Shown: positions 41,439 through 55,572, counted from the stretch's first letter. The stretch is 64,000 nt of DNA from the human T2T-CHM13v2.0 reference genome, Homo sapiens (GCF_009914755.1 NC_060929.1); one strand, 5' to 3'. The notes: generated by a model from the sequence alone, not told the origin. A program made the numbers and translations.

Positions 41439-42174
41439 GATCAGGGAAGGTGTCCAAGCAGCAGTGAAGCTTGAATAAATACTGAAAGAAGACTGGCCAT
41501 GGTGGGGTAGGACACTCAAGACAAAGGGAAAGGGGTGAAGAGGGGCACAGCATGTGTTATGGACTGAATGTTTATACTCCCGCAACTCCCTGCCAAATTC
41601 GTAGGCTGAAACTCTAGTCTTCAATGTGATGGTATTTGGAAGTAAAGACTTCAGGAGGCGATTAGGTTTGGATAAGGTCATGAGGATGGTGCCCTCCTGA
41701 TGGGATTAGTGCCCTTATAAGACAAAGAAGAGACACGGGAGCTCTCTCTTTCTCCATGCACTGAGGAAAGGCCTTCTGAGCACACAGCAGGAAGGTGGCT
41801 GTCTACAAGCCAGGAGGCAGGTCCTCACCAGGAACCCAATCTGCTGGCACCTTGATCTTAGACTTCCCAGGCTTTAGAACTGTGAGAAATAAATGTCTGT
41901 TGTTTAAGCCACCCAGTCTACAGTATTTCGTTATAACAGCCCAAGCAAAGATGGCATATCATACAAAATTTTCTTTGTTAATTTCTGCAGACTCATCTCT
42001 CAACAGACATCCCATCTATAGAATATTTGCACCATCTCAAAGTCACAGCCTCTCTCCAATAACTGTGCCTCTCTTCACCCCTTTCCCTCTCTCTTGAGTG
42101 TCCTACTCCACCATGGCCAGTCTTCTTTTAGTATTTATTCAAGCTTCACTGCTGCTTGGACGCCTTCCCTGATC
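41439..42174. repeat. 112-bp inverted repeat (arms 41439-41550 and 42063-42174; 106/112 identical, no gaps)
   Basis: Manual alignment of the left arm against the reverse complement of the right arm gives 6 substitutions. Confidence 0.96.
41555..41953 (+). mobile_element. MLT1A-like solo LTR
   Basis: 'tgttatggactgaatg...gatgggattagtgcccttataag...ccagg...agaactgtgagaaataaatg'; TSD gcatg / gcata. Confidence 0.88.
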
Positions 42175-42605
42175 TACTCATGGACATTATTAGGCCTTTT
42201 TCTTACACTCCCAAACATTCTTTGCCATAGCACTTGTCACATTGAGGCCTTGCTGTTTATTTCTGATCCCTGATGTCTAGCACAACTCCTGGGTCATCGA
42301 GAAATCTTTGTTGACTGAAAACACATGTATAACTGAAGGAAGGAATATGTATCATCGCATAATAACAACACAACCTAATGAGGTAACCAGTACTTAAATT
42401 GCACACCCTTTATGTCCCACTCCCTTATTCCCTACTCTTATCCACTATGATACTAAGTACTTAATCTGAAATATGTAAAGCTTAATATCACAAGAGTACT
42501 GTGCTACCACTTCTACAACAGTAAGCATTTGCCATTTCTACTTCCCCAAGCTATGGTGATTGGCATTCATTGTAATTCCTAAAAATGGTCAACCTGTCCT
42601 CGCTT

Positions 42606-42827
42606 TAGCCAACATGGCAAAACCCTGTCTCTACTAAAAATACAAAAATTATCCAGGTGTAGTGGCGGGCACCTGTAATCCCAGCTACTAGGGAGGCTGA
42701 GGCAGGAGAATTGCTTGAATCAGGGAGGTGGAGGTTGCAGTGACCAAGATCACGCCAATGCACTCCATTCTGGGCTTCACAGCAAGACTCCATCTCAAAA
42801 AATAAATATATAAATAAATAATAAAAG
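42606..42827 (+). mobile_element. 5'-truncated AluS
   Basis: Begins at 'gccaacatggcaaaaccctgtctctac'; complete right arm and A-rich tail. Confidence 0.88.
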
Positions 42828-43149
42828 TACTTTTAGACAATCTAATTTTAGTAGCAATCTTCTAAGAGTTTTTTATTTGATTGATTGATTGATTGATTTC
42901 AATTTCTTCAGAGCAACCAACTAGAAACCAGACCAGAATAAAGGTGTTTGGATATACTTGTGACATATCTCTCAATATCTAATAAATAGATATAGCAAAC
43001 ATACAGTAAAAACATTCTTATTTTTTCCACAAGATATTTAGAAGGAAGGTTTTTCTTATGTGTATAGAGAAGTTATGGTTGAGATTGTTACCCCTCACTG
43101 ATGTGTGTTTCCTCTTCTTCCTGGCCATGTAGCACAACTGTATTTTCTC

Positions 43150-45235
43150 TAACAAACTAAAAAGAGAAGAAAATTACCTCATAATAAAGGCCAGATGTGA
43201 AAATCCCATAGCTAATATCATACTCAATGGTGAGAAACTGAAAGACTTTTTTCTAAGATAAGGAACACGATGCCCACTCTCACCACTTCCATTCAACATA
43301 GGACTAGAAGTCCTATCCAGAGGAATTGGACAAGAAAAGGAAATAAAAGCTATCCAAATCTGAAAAGGAGAAGTAAAATTGGCCCTGTTTGCAGATGATG
43401 TCATCTTACACATAAAAAACAGAAGATTCCACAACAAACTGTTAGAATAAATAAGCAAGTCAAGTAACATTGCAGGATACAAAATCAACATACAAAATCA
43501 ATTGCATTTTTATACACTAACAATGAACTATCTGAAAAGGAAATGAAGAAAAAGAATTGTGTCTACATTATCCCTCAAAATAATAAAATACTTAGAAATA
43601 AGCTCAACTAAGAAGGTAAAAGACTTGTACACTGAAAACTATAAAATGTTAATGAAAGAAATTAAAGAAGACACTAATAAATGAAAAGTCATCTTGTGTT
43701 CATGAATTGAAAAATGGAATATTGTTAAAATGTACATACTACCCAAAGCAATCTATAGATTCAATGAAATCTCTATCAAATTCCAATGATATTTTTTACA
43801 GAAATAGAAAAAAAAGACCCTAAAATTCATATGGAACCACAGATGACCCTGAATAGTCAAAAAAAATCTTGAGAAAGAAAAACAAAGCTGGAGGCATCAT
43901 ACTTCCTGATTCAAAATATATTACAAAGCTACAGTAATTAAAACAGCATGGTACTGTGAAAAAGACAGACATATAGTCCAAGGAACAGAATGAAAATCAA
44001 TCCATGCATGTATGGTAAACTGACCTTCAACAAGGGTGCCAGGAATACAAAATAGGGAAAGGATAGTCTTCAACAAATAGCTTTTGAAAACTGTATATTC
44101 ACATGCAGAATAATGAAACTGGACTCTTATCTTACCCCATATACATAAATCAATACAAATGGATTAAAAACTTAAATATAAGTCATGAAACTATAAAACA
44201 GGGAAAAACCTTCATGACATTAGTTTTGTCAATGATTGCGTGAGTATGACACCAAAAGCACAGGAAACAAAAGTAAAACCAGGCAAATGGGACTAGAGGA
44301 AATATCTGCAAATCATATATCAGATAAGGGTTTAGTTTCCAATATATAAGGAATTTCTACAACACAATAGCAAAAAAACCTAATAATCTGATTTTAAAAC
44401 TGGGCTAAGTCTGGAATAGACATTTCTCCAAAGAAGACATACAAATGGCCAACAGGTATATGAAAAGATGCTGTTACCAAACATCAGGGGAATGAAAATC
44501 AAAAATACAATGAGACATCACCTGACACCTGGTAGGAAAACTATCAACACGTGTTGGTGAGGATGTGAAGAAATCTGAACCCTTGTACACTGTTGGTGGG
44601 AATGCAAAATGGTGCAGTTACTGTGGAAAACAATATGGAGATTTCTAAAAAAAAATAAAAATAGAGCTACCATATGATTTAGCAATCTGACTTTTTAGTA
44701 TTTATCTAAAAGAACTGAAATCAGGATCTTAAAGAGAAATAAGCACTCCCATATTCATTGCAACACTATTTACAATAACCAAGACATAGAAGCAACCTAA
44801 ATGTTCATCAATGAATGCATGCATAAAAAGAAGATGTGGTATATATATATAATGGAATATTATTCAGACTGAAAAAAGAAGGAAATCCTGCAATATGTGA
44901 CAACATGGATGAAACTTGAAGACATTATGCTATATACCAGCCACAGAAGGACAAATACTGCATGATTTCACTTACATCAGATATCTAAAATAGTCAAACT
45001 CATTGAATCAGAAAGTAGAATGGTGGATGCCAAGGGCTGGTAGTAGGGGTGGGGAATGGGGTGTTTCCAGTCAATGGGCATAAAGTCTCAATTACACAAG
45101 ATGAATACGTTTTTGAGATCTGCTGTACAACATTGCTCCTATATTAATATTGTACTATATGCCTAAAAATGTGTTAAGAGTGTAGATCTCATGTTAAGTG
45201 TTCTTACCACAATAAAATAAATTTTTTTAAAAAAC
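43150..45235 (+). mobile_element. 5'-truncated L1 (L1MB1/2-like; ORF2 3' part and 3'UTR)
   Basis: RT-region motif 'ctgtttgcagatgat'; terminal 'agatctcatgttaagtgttcttaccacaataaaa'. Confidence 0.85.
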
Positions 45236-45239
45236 CAAG

Positions 45240-46232
45240 ATCATTGGGTGTGATCATTGGCACACAGAAGCCTAATGCCTACTGAGTTTTTGAGAGAAAG
45301 AACTTAGCTGTTTGAGATCCCTGACATTACCCTAGTAGGAAGCAGGATATGAAAGATGTACAATCCCCAAGGAGAGCAAGCTCCTTCACACCCATTTCAG
45401 ACATGGCCATAGAGGACAATGAATAAGAAATAGATCCCCAAATTAAGGGGCCAGTTGCCACGGAGAACAACAAACAAGAGGATTCTTCCCAGATAGAAAA
45501 GTTCTAATCAAACAATTTTCCTACTCTCCAGGTTAAGAGGCCTTCATCTGCCTCTTTATGGACATGGGGATTTCAGAATTTATACTGACAAGTAACTTGT
45601 GCCCCCCATGATTTCTACCATTGTATGTTGGATGTGTATAGGGAGACTGTAGGCAGATTCTTAGTTCCGAGGGCTACAAGGAACCACATTCAGACCTGAC
45701 AGAGAATATCCTTTTATTCAGAGATCCTGAACTTAGAGCTGTATACGGTGATCAGATGGGACTTTGACTGTTTCTCTTGGAGAAGAGTGAATGTCTTCTA
45801 TATGCAGGAAGAGTGAAACATATTTGGTGACCAGAGGTAGAGTATAGCCAAGAATGCTACTGCTTGGCAATATGAGCTATAGCTTCCGGCCTCCTTTAAA
45901 ATTAGGAGTGGTCAATTGGCTGCATTCTGGTCAACTGAATATAAATGCAAAAGGTAATGTGTGCCAATTTTAAGCCTGGCCTATAAAAATCTTCCCATGT
46001 GGGATTCTTACTCTACTCTGTCAACCACAGGCTTTGAGGACCAAAAGGGAGATAGTAACACTAGATAGAAAAAAAACACTAGGGGCCCGTGATGACTGTG
46101 TGGAGCAGAACTAGAGCCCCACCCTCCAACACGGACACATATTAAACCATAATAAGAGCAAGAAAAACAGCTTTTCTTAGGTTAAATCATTGATATATCG
46201 GGTTTATCTGTTTAGTTATATATCTTAACAAA
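45240..46232 (+). mobile_element. MLT1 (I/J-like) internal sequence plus 3' LTR; probable 5' LTR stub at about 43075-43148
   Basis: MLT1-int end 'gagatcctgaactt...gatgggactttg...ggtgaccagaggtagag' followed by LTR motifs 'ttaggagtggtca...ttctggtcaa...gactgtgtggagcaga'. Confidence 0.6.
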
Positions 46233-47794
46233 TACAAAATTTAAACCACAACAAATCATGATTATATTGTTTGGTGCTAATAATAAGGAAAATGTAAGAT
46301 TTAAGGCCCTTAAAGAAAGGACTCCACTGACATTTAGTTTTAAAAAATACCTTAAAAATTCAACTTGTGAAATATCAAGTGATCAACAGTTTACTCCAAT
46401 AATGATGCTTTATAAGAATTAGTACTAAACATATAGTTTTAGGAACTTTTAATAAAATTACCCTTACCATTTTGTTGGAATTTAGTGACATTTAAAACAG
46501 TACTCCCAGATATATTTTAGATAAATCATTTATAATCTTTTAATTGTTTTCCCCCTACTTTAACAACAGCAGCAAAGCAAAACAAAGTCATATTATGCAA
46601 ATGATTCATCTTCCCACTTTCCAATGCCTTCCCGTCACAACTAAGTGATGAATGAATAATCTTATAGAAACAAAAAGTCTTAGCATTGGAAGAGACTTCG
46701 TCCAGTCTTTCATTAATACAAAAATTCTAGTTACAAACCCAGTAACATATGACACATGATCATATAGACGGAATGTAGAGGCAGCTTGAATGCTTCCAGC
46801 ACAGCACTGGAATTCAATGAAATATTGAATTTCCTTTTGAAATTCAATATTTGTTGAAAACATATGTTATGTGATATAGTATATTTTGATTTTGGACAGG
46901 TATGTCATAAAATGTATGTTTAAAGAGCTAATCTTCCTCATCTGAATCTTTAGAGCTTTAAGGAAATGGCTAGTCCTTATTTCATAGACACCCTTTCCAA
47001 GCATGTGTAGTCCTAAAGACATTGTCACTGGCACGATTCTATATTTGAGGTCATTAAAAAAAAGATACAATAAGCTGATCTTCTTATCCATGTTCTTCAA
47101 TGAGAGAAGTTTTAAAGGGTATGCTTCCACAGATGAGCAACTAAAAGTTTTTTTCGTTTTAAAATACAGGTTTAAAGGAAATGATTACAGTTGCCACCAT
47201 CTCCTTGATTATTAATTAAAGGCTTTTCTTCAATTATCATATTATTCCATATAGTCAATGGTTATATAAGTTTTATAAGTAAAAAAGATAAGCAAAGCAA
47301 AATGTTAACACCTACCATGTAACTAAAATACTTGAGGAACAATGAAAAAAAAACCTTCACCCCTTATGCTAAAAACAGTTAATAAGTGTTTAATGTGACA
47401 AGTGACTTCAAAACTTGCAATTATCCTGCTAAAGCATGGCGTCACTGATAGAGACAAAGACGGCAGATATAGTATAGTGGTAGGTGGTGTGGGTCCCTGT
47501 TCTTATCTTCAACACAGTATTCCCTTCAACTCTCTGGCAGGGTGTGGGAAAAGTCCGAGGTTTCCACTGGTAAGTTTAATAAAAGATGTAGAACCAATCT
47601 AAGTTATACACTTCCCAAGGGACACACTCTTTTTATGCCTTCTGTCTTTTCTGTTAAACTTGCTACTTTTCCAATGCCATTAACATCCTATTACTTTGTT
47701 AAGGAAGACAGGGCTCTTGCATATTACAAGATTTGTGCTAGCTCTCAGAGTGAATAAATTCTCCTGCTAGTATGATTTTCCTTTCCTGAAATAC

Positions 47795-48270
47795 ACTCAC
47801 ACATTCAACAATATTTACTGGATGTCAACATGTGTTAGGTGCTGTGGATTCGGCAGTGCATAAAACAACATCTCTACTCTCAAGGAGTCTCCCTCCATTC
47901 TAGTGGAGGAAGACAGGCAGTGAGCCAATATATGAGCATACAGTGTGCTGTGTGGTGATCAGAGCATGGAACAACAGAGAGTTGGGTAAAGGCGTGGTGG
48001 TCAGAGGGTTTGCTATTTTGGATGAGGTGTGGAGAGAAAGCCTCACCTATAAGGACACATTTGAAAAGGGACTTGAAACAATGAAGGAGGTTTCCAGGCA
48101 GAGAAAGCAGCAAGTGCAGAGGCCCTGAAGAATTCTAACATTGCTGGAGCTAGTGGCCTAGAAAGTGAATGAAAGGAGATGAAATCAGAGCTGAGTGGGG
48201 CAACAGATCATGTGGGGCTCTGTAGGCCCTTAGAAAGGGTTTGGGGTTTTTCTTCAAGTAAATTAAAATA
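47795..48270 (-). mobile_element. L2 fragment
   Basis: 'cattcaacaatatttactg...cattctagtggaggaagacagg...agagaaagcctcac...caagtgcagaggccctga'. Confidence 0.7.
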
Positions 48271-48798
48271 AGAGAGCAAATGAATAATCAGGAAAAAATG
48301 TTTTAAGGTTGCCTTGTCTGATGTCAAGTTATCGTTCTTTGATCAGGGAATATACCTATAACAGAAAAACAGAATGTACTTAAAGGGCCAATCATAAAAG
48401 GGCAAGTACATTGTTTTCTTAAGTTACTCAAAGTAATTACTAAGTTTTAAGACTAGCTGGCCTGAAATATTTTGACAAATTTAACCTAAAGGTTAATGAT
48501 ACATACAAAATGAGTATGGATTTTTACATTTCTTATCTTTATGTCTACACTATATCCTTTAAAATTTAGATTTTAAGTTATATACAATATAATCAAATAT
48601 AAAATATTTCCAGAATCTATTCTGACTCCTGTCAATGTCAATGTTATCTTGTTTATCTTGGTACTGATACAATAATAAAAAATGAAATTTGGCAACATTC
48701 AGCACTAAAATATATTTAAGGCAATGACACACTTATGGTGTATCGAGCACATAATGAGATAGCCATCATTTCAAGCTGGTGGTAAATGTCTTTCCTGC

Positions 48799-49706
<908 letters not shown>

Positions 49707-49869
49707 ACTTACCTTGAAGACTATATTTATGGTGTAGTTAGAGGAATAAAAAAGTAGCTGAAAGTCTTTTATTAGGTGTAACTAAGTTTTCTTTCTTATA
49801 AATGGTATCAGTGTATTGGCTAGAGGCCTAAGCTGCCATAACAAAGAGATCCAAAAAATATAGTGGCTT

Positions 49870-50036
49870 GGTCAGGCATGGTGGCTCATGCCTGTAATCC
49901 TAACACTTTGGGAGGCCAAGGCAAGATGATCTCTTGAGCTTAGAAGTTCACAACCAGCCTGGGTGACACACTGAGATCCTATCTTTATCTGTCTGTCTGT
50001 CTGTCTGTCAATCTATCTATCTATCTATCTATCTAT
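49870..50036 (+). mobile_element. Alu monomer (FLAM / AluJ left arm) with a (TCTG)n(TCTA)n tail
   Basis: 'ggtcaggcatggtggctcatgcctgtaatcc...cagcctgggtgacacactgagatcct' followed by a tetranucleotide STR. Confidence 0.85.
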
Positions 50037-52847
50037 TGGTTTCAACTAGAAAGTAATTCATTTCTTTTTTGCAAAACCATACATGGCTGGGTATCCCAAT
50101 GCAATAGAACAATTACATGCTTTTCAATTTATGCCTTCCGACCTATAGCCCTTGCAAGGATGGCTGATAAATGTCAGCCGAAGCTGAGCAACCTTGTGGC
50201 CATCTAAAACATGAGAGCTCTATGATGGAAGAAGGGGCAAATGGATATTTTTGGACAACTGGCAGTCTCTAACAATCCAGCAGTGCTCAGGACATTTTGT
50301 ACTGCATTATGAATATTGAATTGCTCAAATTGTTATGACTTTATTCCATGGAAGTGAGTCAAATATCTGCTTCATCAGCACTCCCCCAGATTAGTCCTAA
50401 ATCTATTTTTAGACTCTAGATCTAGAGCAAAAATGAGTAATTCCTCTTCTATGAAGCAATCTTCTAAATATTTGAATCAGATGTCAGTATCCTCCATAAG
50501 TTTCCAGACTTATTACTCTCCCATCTGTCTCCCATTCTTCTCTATTAACCATCCCTCACTACCTTAAATGCTCTGGACTAATTTTTGCTTGTTAAGACAT
50601 TTTTAAAAATATAGCCATTATCAAGAACACACTCCTCAGTGAAAGGCTCTTGGCTAGGAATTTGAGTTGGCAAAGAAAACAAAGGAGTATTTAAGGTAAA
50701 GAACTGAATCAGCTTCTGTTTGCAGGAACAAATGAACATGGTATACTTTTAGGAAATCTATGAAAACCACACTGGCTGAAGCGGAAAATTTGATTTAGGG
50801 ATTAATGAGAGATAAAACTATTCAATAGCGCATATGAACTCAGTTAACAGAGAGTCTTGAACGCCAGACTGATGAAATTTGATGTTATAATAATAACATA
50901 AAAAGGAGGAATGTAGGTGGTGAGTTGAAATCTACAATTTAAACTACAAATACCTTCTTTTAAGCATGGATGACAAAAAAGTAAAACAACGGACACATGA
51001 CCTTAGAAAATAATCATCTTTTAAAGCTGATAGATGGCTTTTCTTCTCTCATAAGGTTATAGCCTTAAGTACAAATACATTGTCATGATATGCAAAACTT
51101 CAAGTATGAATACACTTTATATTTAATATAAAGGTAAATCACCTAAGAACACATTCGATAAGTATTCAACAAAATAATATGAATATTAAGTATAAAATAT
51201 TTGACATTTTCTTTACTCAAAAAGAGAGCACTTGCTAATAAACTTTATAGAAGATGATTAAATCACACATCAATGTCCTTTTACATCCAATTTAATATGA
51301 GTTCTGATGTAAATAAAATATCCAAGGCATTTTAAGTACTATACAAAAATGTATGCAAATGTGTGATAAAACTAATTAAAATATCTCAGTGGTAGCATTA
51401 TTCCCTACTTATAAATCTCCAAGTCCTTCCAGCATCAGGGAGCAAGTACTCGAGAAAAGATTTTGACCATGGTGATTTTACAAAAGCCATCATCTTCAGA
51501 AATGGTGAGAACCTGTGACAACAGGCACCAGAAAACTTCATGAGTGATAAATGCCCCCAAGTACTTTCTTTGGAGACAGGCCAGTAAGATAATTTAATTG
51601 TTAATATGTTACATTAAAATCACTCAGTGTTGTTAATAATTGAATACAAATGCTACCTTAATTGGGACAAATGATTTGAAGCCCCAGTCATTCGTTATTT
51701 AAATTTTCATTTTGCTTGAAATAAGATCTATTTTTTATTTTCTCTTCTGTTTAAATTTTTACACCTACAATGTCTATTTGGAAGTGCAGTATAGCGATCA
51801 AAGGCCTTGTCGAAAGAACTGGTAACAACACTGCCACCATTAAATTATCACAGATCTATGAATACTGCCAGTTCTGAAGATCTTCACTTAAAAAACAGAT
51901 TCCAAACCCAAGTCCTACTCTCTAATTTTTCAACAATTTGTGATTATGACAAAGTTACTTCATAACTCTTAAAATATGTGAAGTGGGCCTGGCTTTTATA
52001 CACCAGGCCTTTTGGCTAGAGTAAAATTTTAAAAGTCTGAAAAGTAAAAATGCAACAGAAATGCAGGAGATTCAAAACATATAGAGACTAAGTGAAAAAC
52101 ATAGTTGCTGCCATTCTGCAGAGCTCACAGTGTGTGTCTATTACACTGTTTAATTATTAAACAGCCATGGAAGGAATGGATAAAGATGGTATAAATGGCT
52201 TGTCTGTATAATCTGACATCGAGTTGATTGTTTTGGTTCACTTATGGTTGGTAGAAAAGTTTTATTTCTTTTAAAGTGAGCTTTTCTTACTTTTAAAATT
52301 ATTTAAGTGGGAATGCATGCCTGTTTTCTCCATTATAGTTGTTTGTGATTGACATATGGACATAGATGTAATAAAGTAGAAAAATATGAAAATACTAAAG
52401 CTCTAAGGGAGGGCAATCATCCATTTGTCCAAAAAATGCTTTGCTACTAAAAGCATTTGAAAAGCATTGTTTCCCAAGTTATTCCTAATTGTATTGTGAA
52501 GGTCTGTCAACCTCTAATAAAAATCATGAAAATGGCTGCAAAAGTAAATAAATAAATAAATGCAGGAGGTAACTATCATTGTTATTACATGTTTCTTTTT
52601 TTCCTCATACAACTGGAAGGATATTCTGATCTTTATTTCTTAAATCTTTGGCTAATTATTTCTCTCCTGTCTTCTGTATGTCAAAGCAATGTATACCCAC
52701 TGGTTTGTGTAATCCTGGACCTCTGCTAAATTTCAGTCCTCTCTTCATAATCTGTTTTACTAAGAATGTACTACAAGGACTTTGATTCCCAAACAACCAG
52801 TAGTTCAAACTTCAAAACACCCTATCCCTGTGCTTAGGTCCATTTGT

Positions 52848-53148
52848 TTTTGTGTTTTTTGCTTTGAGACAGAGTCTCACTCTGTCACCCAGGCTGGAGT
52901 GCAGTGGCACAATCTTGGCTCACCACAACCTCTGCCTCCTGAGTTCAAGTGATTCTACTGCCTCAGCCACCCGAGTAGCTGGGACTACAGGCATGTGCCA
53001 CCATGCCTGGCTAATTTTTGTATTTTTTAGTAGAGATTGGATTTCCTCATGTTGGCCAGGCTGGTCTTGAACTCCTGATCTCAAGTGATCCAACCGCCTC
53101 GGCCTCCCAAAGTGCTGGGATTACAGGTGTGAGCCACCGCGTCGGGCC
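52848..53148 (-). mobile_element. AluS-type SINE
   Basis: TSD taggtccatttgt (52835-52847 / 53149-53161). Confidence 0.93.
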
Positions 53149-53194
53149 TAGGTCCATTTGTGTTTGTTATTTTTATTAAAATGGTTAACATGTC

Positions 53195-53502
53195 CAGTCC
53201 TCCCTTGGTATCCTCAAGGGACTGGTTTCAGGATCCACATGCACATGCTTGGATGCTCAAGCCCCTAATATAAAATGGTGTAGTATTTGCATACAACCTA
53301 CATGCATCCTCTGTATACTTCAAATCATCTCTAGATTACTTACAATGCCAAATACAATGTAAAGGCTATGTGAATATTTGTTACATTGTGTTTTTTATTT
53401 GCATTTTTTTATTGTATTGTTATTTACCTTTTTTTCAAATATTTTCAACCCCCAGTTGGTTGAATCCTCGGCTATAGAATTGCAGATGGGAAAGGCTAAC
53501 TG
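53195..53502. mobile_element. MER2 (TcMar-Tigger MITE)
   Basis: Termini 'cagtcctcccttggtatcc' and 'ggctaactg'; internal 'tataaaatggtgtagtatttgcata...aaatcatctctagattactta'. Confidence 0.85.
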
Positions 53503-55036
53503 TGTTGCATGCTTACTATAGGCTAGGCATTGTTCTTACCACTTTGCATGTCTTAACTCAGTAAGTCTTCATAATAATTTTATACTATATTTGATAGCTA
53601 TAATAATTAACATGATTGCCACCTATATTATTATAAGCATGGGGCTTTGCAGGGTACTGTGGTACAGAGCTCCAGGTGTGCAGGGTGCTTCCTAGAATCA
53701 CCAATGTGCTGGATGTCACAGAGACTAGATGCTAAGCAAATGCTCGTGGAATTGATTATCTAACATTTTTACTTTTTATGCCTTTCTGTGTTCCTTCTTA
53801 CATTCCAGATGTTCTGCAGAGTTTTCATGACCTCTGTTGAATATCAACTCTGGGAAAGTCAATATTTACGGAGTTTTAAAAGGGAGTACAAATCAAAAGT
53901 AAAAGACAGCTTCAGTTGGCACAAGAAAAAATACTTCATGGGTAAAAGAGTACAAAAGAGGACCATTAAGGATGGAGTAATGTAGGCTTCACCTTGAGGC
54001 TTCCTCAAGATAGTCACCAGCACCACTGGCATGACCTGAACACACAATGTAATGTATGTACATAGAAAATAATATCTTCACTTCATCACTTTTTTAGGGG
54101 GCAGTGTGGGCAGTGTACTACTTTTAATAAGTAAAATGCATGATTTGATGAAAACTTGATAAGTGAATCCTCTAAATAAATTATCATTTGGAGAGCTTTT
54201 TAATGTTCAGTGTGGTTTTACACAAAGAGTTTGTGCGATTATTCTGTTTGCCTTGGACTTTCACATGTAATTACATCTCATCATCAAAGTGTATGAAAAT
54301 TAGAAAGCTGAAATAAACTTATTTTTTCTCTGTGACCATCATATAAATGGATCCTCTTGCCACAGTCACTCCATGCATTACGAATAGGTTCTATGGAAGC
54401 AGAATGATCACATTCAAATTTCAGCAATGATGTCTTCCAAGGCTAGTGATATGTCTTTATTTCTATATTTCTATTTACTTACTTTAACATTGTTTCACTA
54501 TAAATTGATTAAAGCAGTCTTTTCCAAGCTAAAGCATATTTACTCTTCATGAATACTATACTAAAAGCACTTAGGGTTTATATTAATATTTATTCTTTAG
54601 GAAGAGAGATGTCTTTAAAGAATACCTTTACGTTAACAGATATTTAGGCTTTTTTTTTCTGAGCTGATTTACAAAGCTTCACAGAATAGCAGTGTATTTT
54701 TTCTGAGTCATTTCAATCTTCCCTAATATCTCCATTTCCATTTAGAAATGTGACAGTTGATCCTATTGTATTCAAAGACTGCTACCTCAGGAATTAATGA
54801 ATATATTTTTCAAATGCTAATGTTTCAGTGAAATGAAAGTGTTCTTCAGCATTCTGTTCATTGGATGCTATAAAAATGATTTTTGGAAGTAGGTTTTCGA
54901 AAACAACTTGGCATTTAATAATTCCCTGTGTGTGTTTTTTTTTTTTTTTTTTTTGGTACTTCACCTTCTAGCCTTATTAAGGGAAGCTATTTAAGATTTG
55001 GTTAGGTCCAGTGGCTCAAAGAGTGTCTCCTAACAT

Positions 55037-55404
55037 TGTATTAGTCTGTTCTCATGACGCTATAAAAGACATACCCGAGACTGGGGAATTTATAAAGAAA
55101 TGAGTTTTAATTGACTCGACTCACAGTTCCACATGGCTGGGGAGGTCTCAGATAACTTACAATTATGGCAGAAGGCACCTCTTCACAGGGTGGCAGGAGA
55201 GAGAGAATGAGAGTCCAGCAGAGGGGGAAGCCCCTTCTAAAACTATCAGATCTTGCGAGAACTAACTCATATCATGAGAACTGGATGGGGGAAACCACCC
55301 CCATGATTCAACTATCTCCACCTGCTCCCTCCCATGACAAGTGGGGATTATGGGAACTATAATTCAAGATGAGGTTTGGGTGGGGACATAGCCAAACCAT
55401 ATCA
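55037..55404 (-). mobile_element. THE1 (THE1C-like) MaLR LTR
   Basis: 'tgtattagtctgttctca...gaaggcacctcttcacagggtggcagg...tttgggtggggacatagccaaaccatatca'. Confidence 0.88.
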
Positions 55405-55416
55405 AAGAGTATTTTC

Positions 55417-55572
55417 ATTTTTTTAAAAAAACAAAATTATTTTTAATTTGTAGAGATGGGATGTTGCTGTGTTGCCCAGGCTGGTCTCTAACTTCTGGCC
55501 TCAAGCAATCCTCCCACCTCAGCTTCCCAAAGTGCTTGGATTACAGGTGTGAGCCATCGTGCCTTTCTTCTG
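55417..55572 (-). mobile_element. FLAM_C / Alu monomer
   Basis: TSD agagtattttc (55406-55416 / 55573-55583). Confidence 0.85.
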
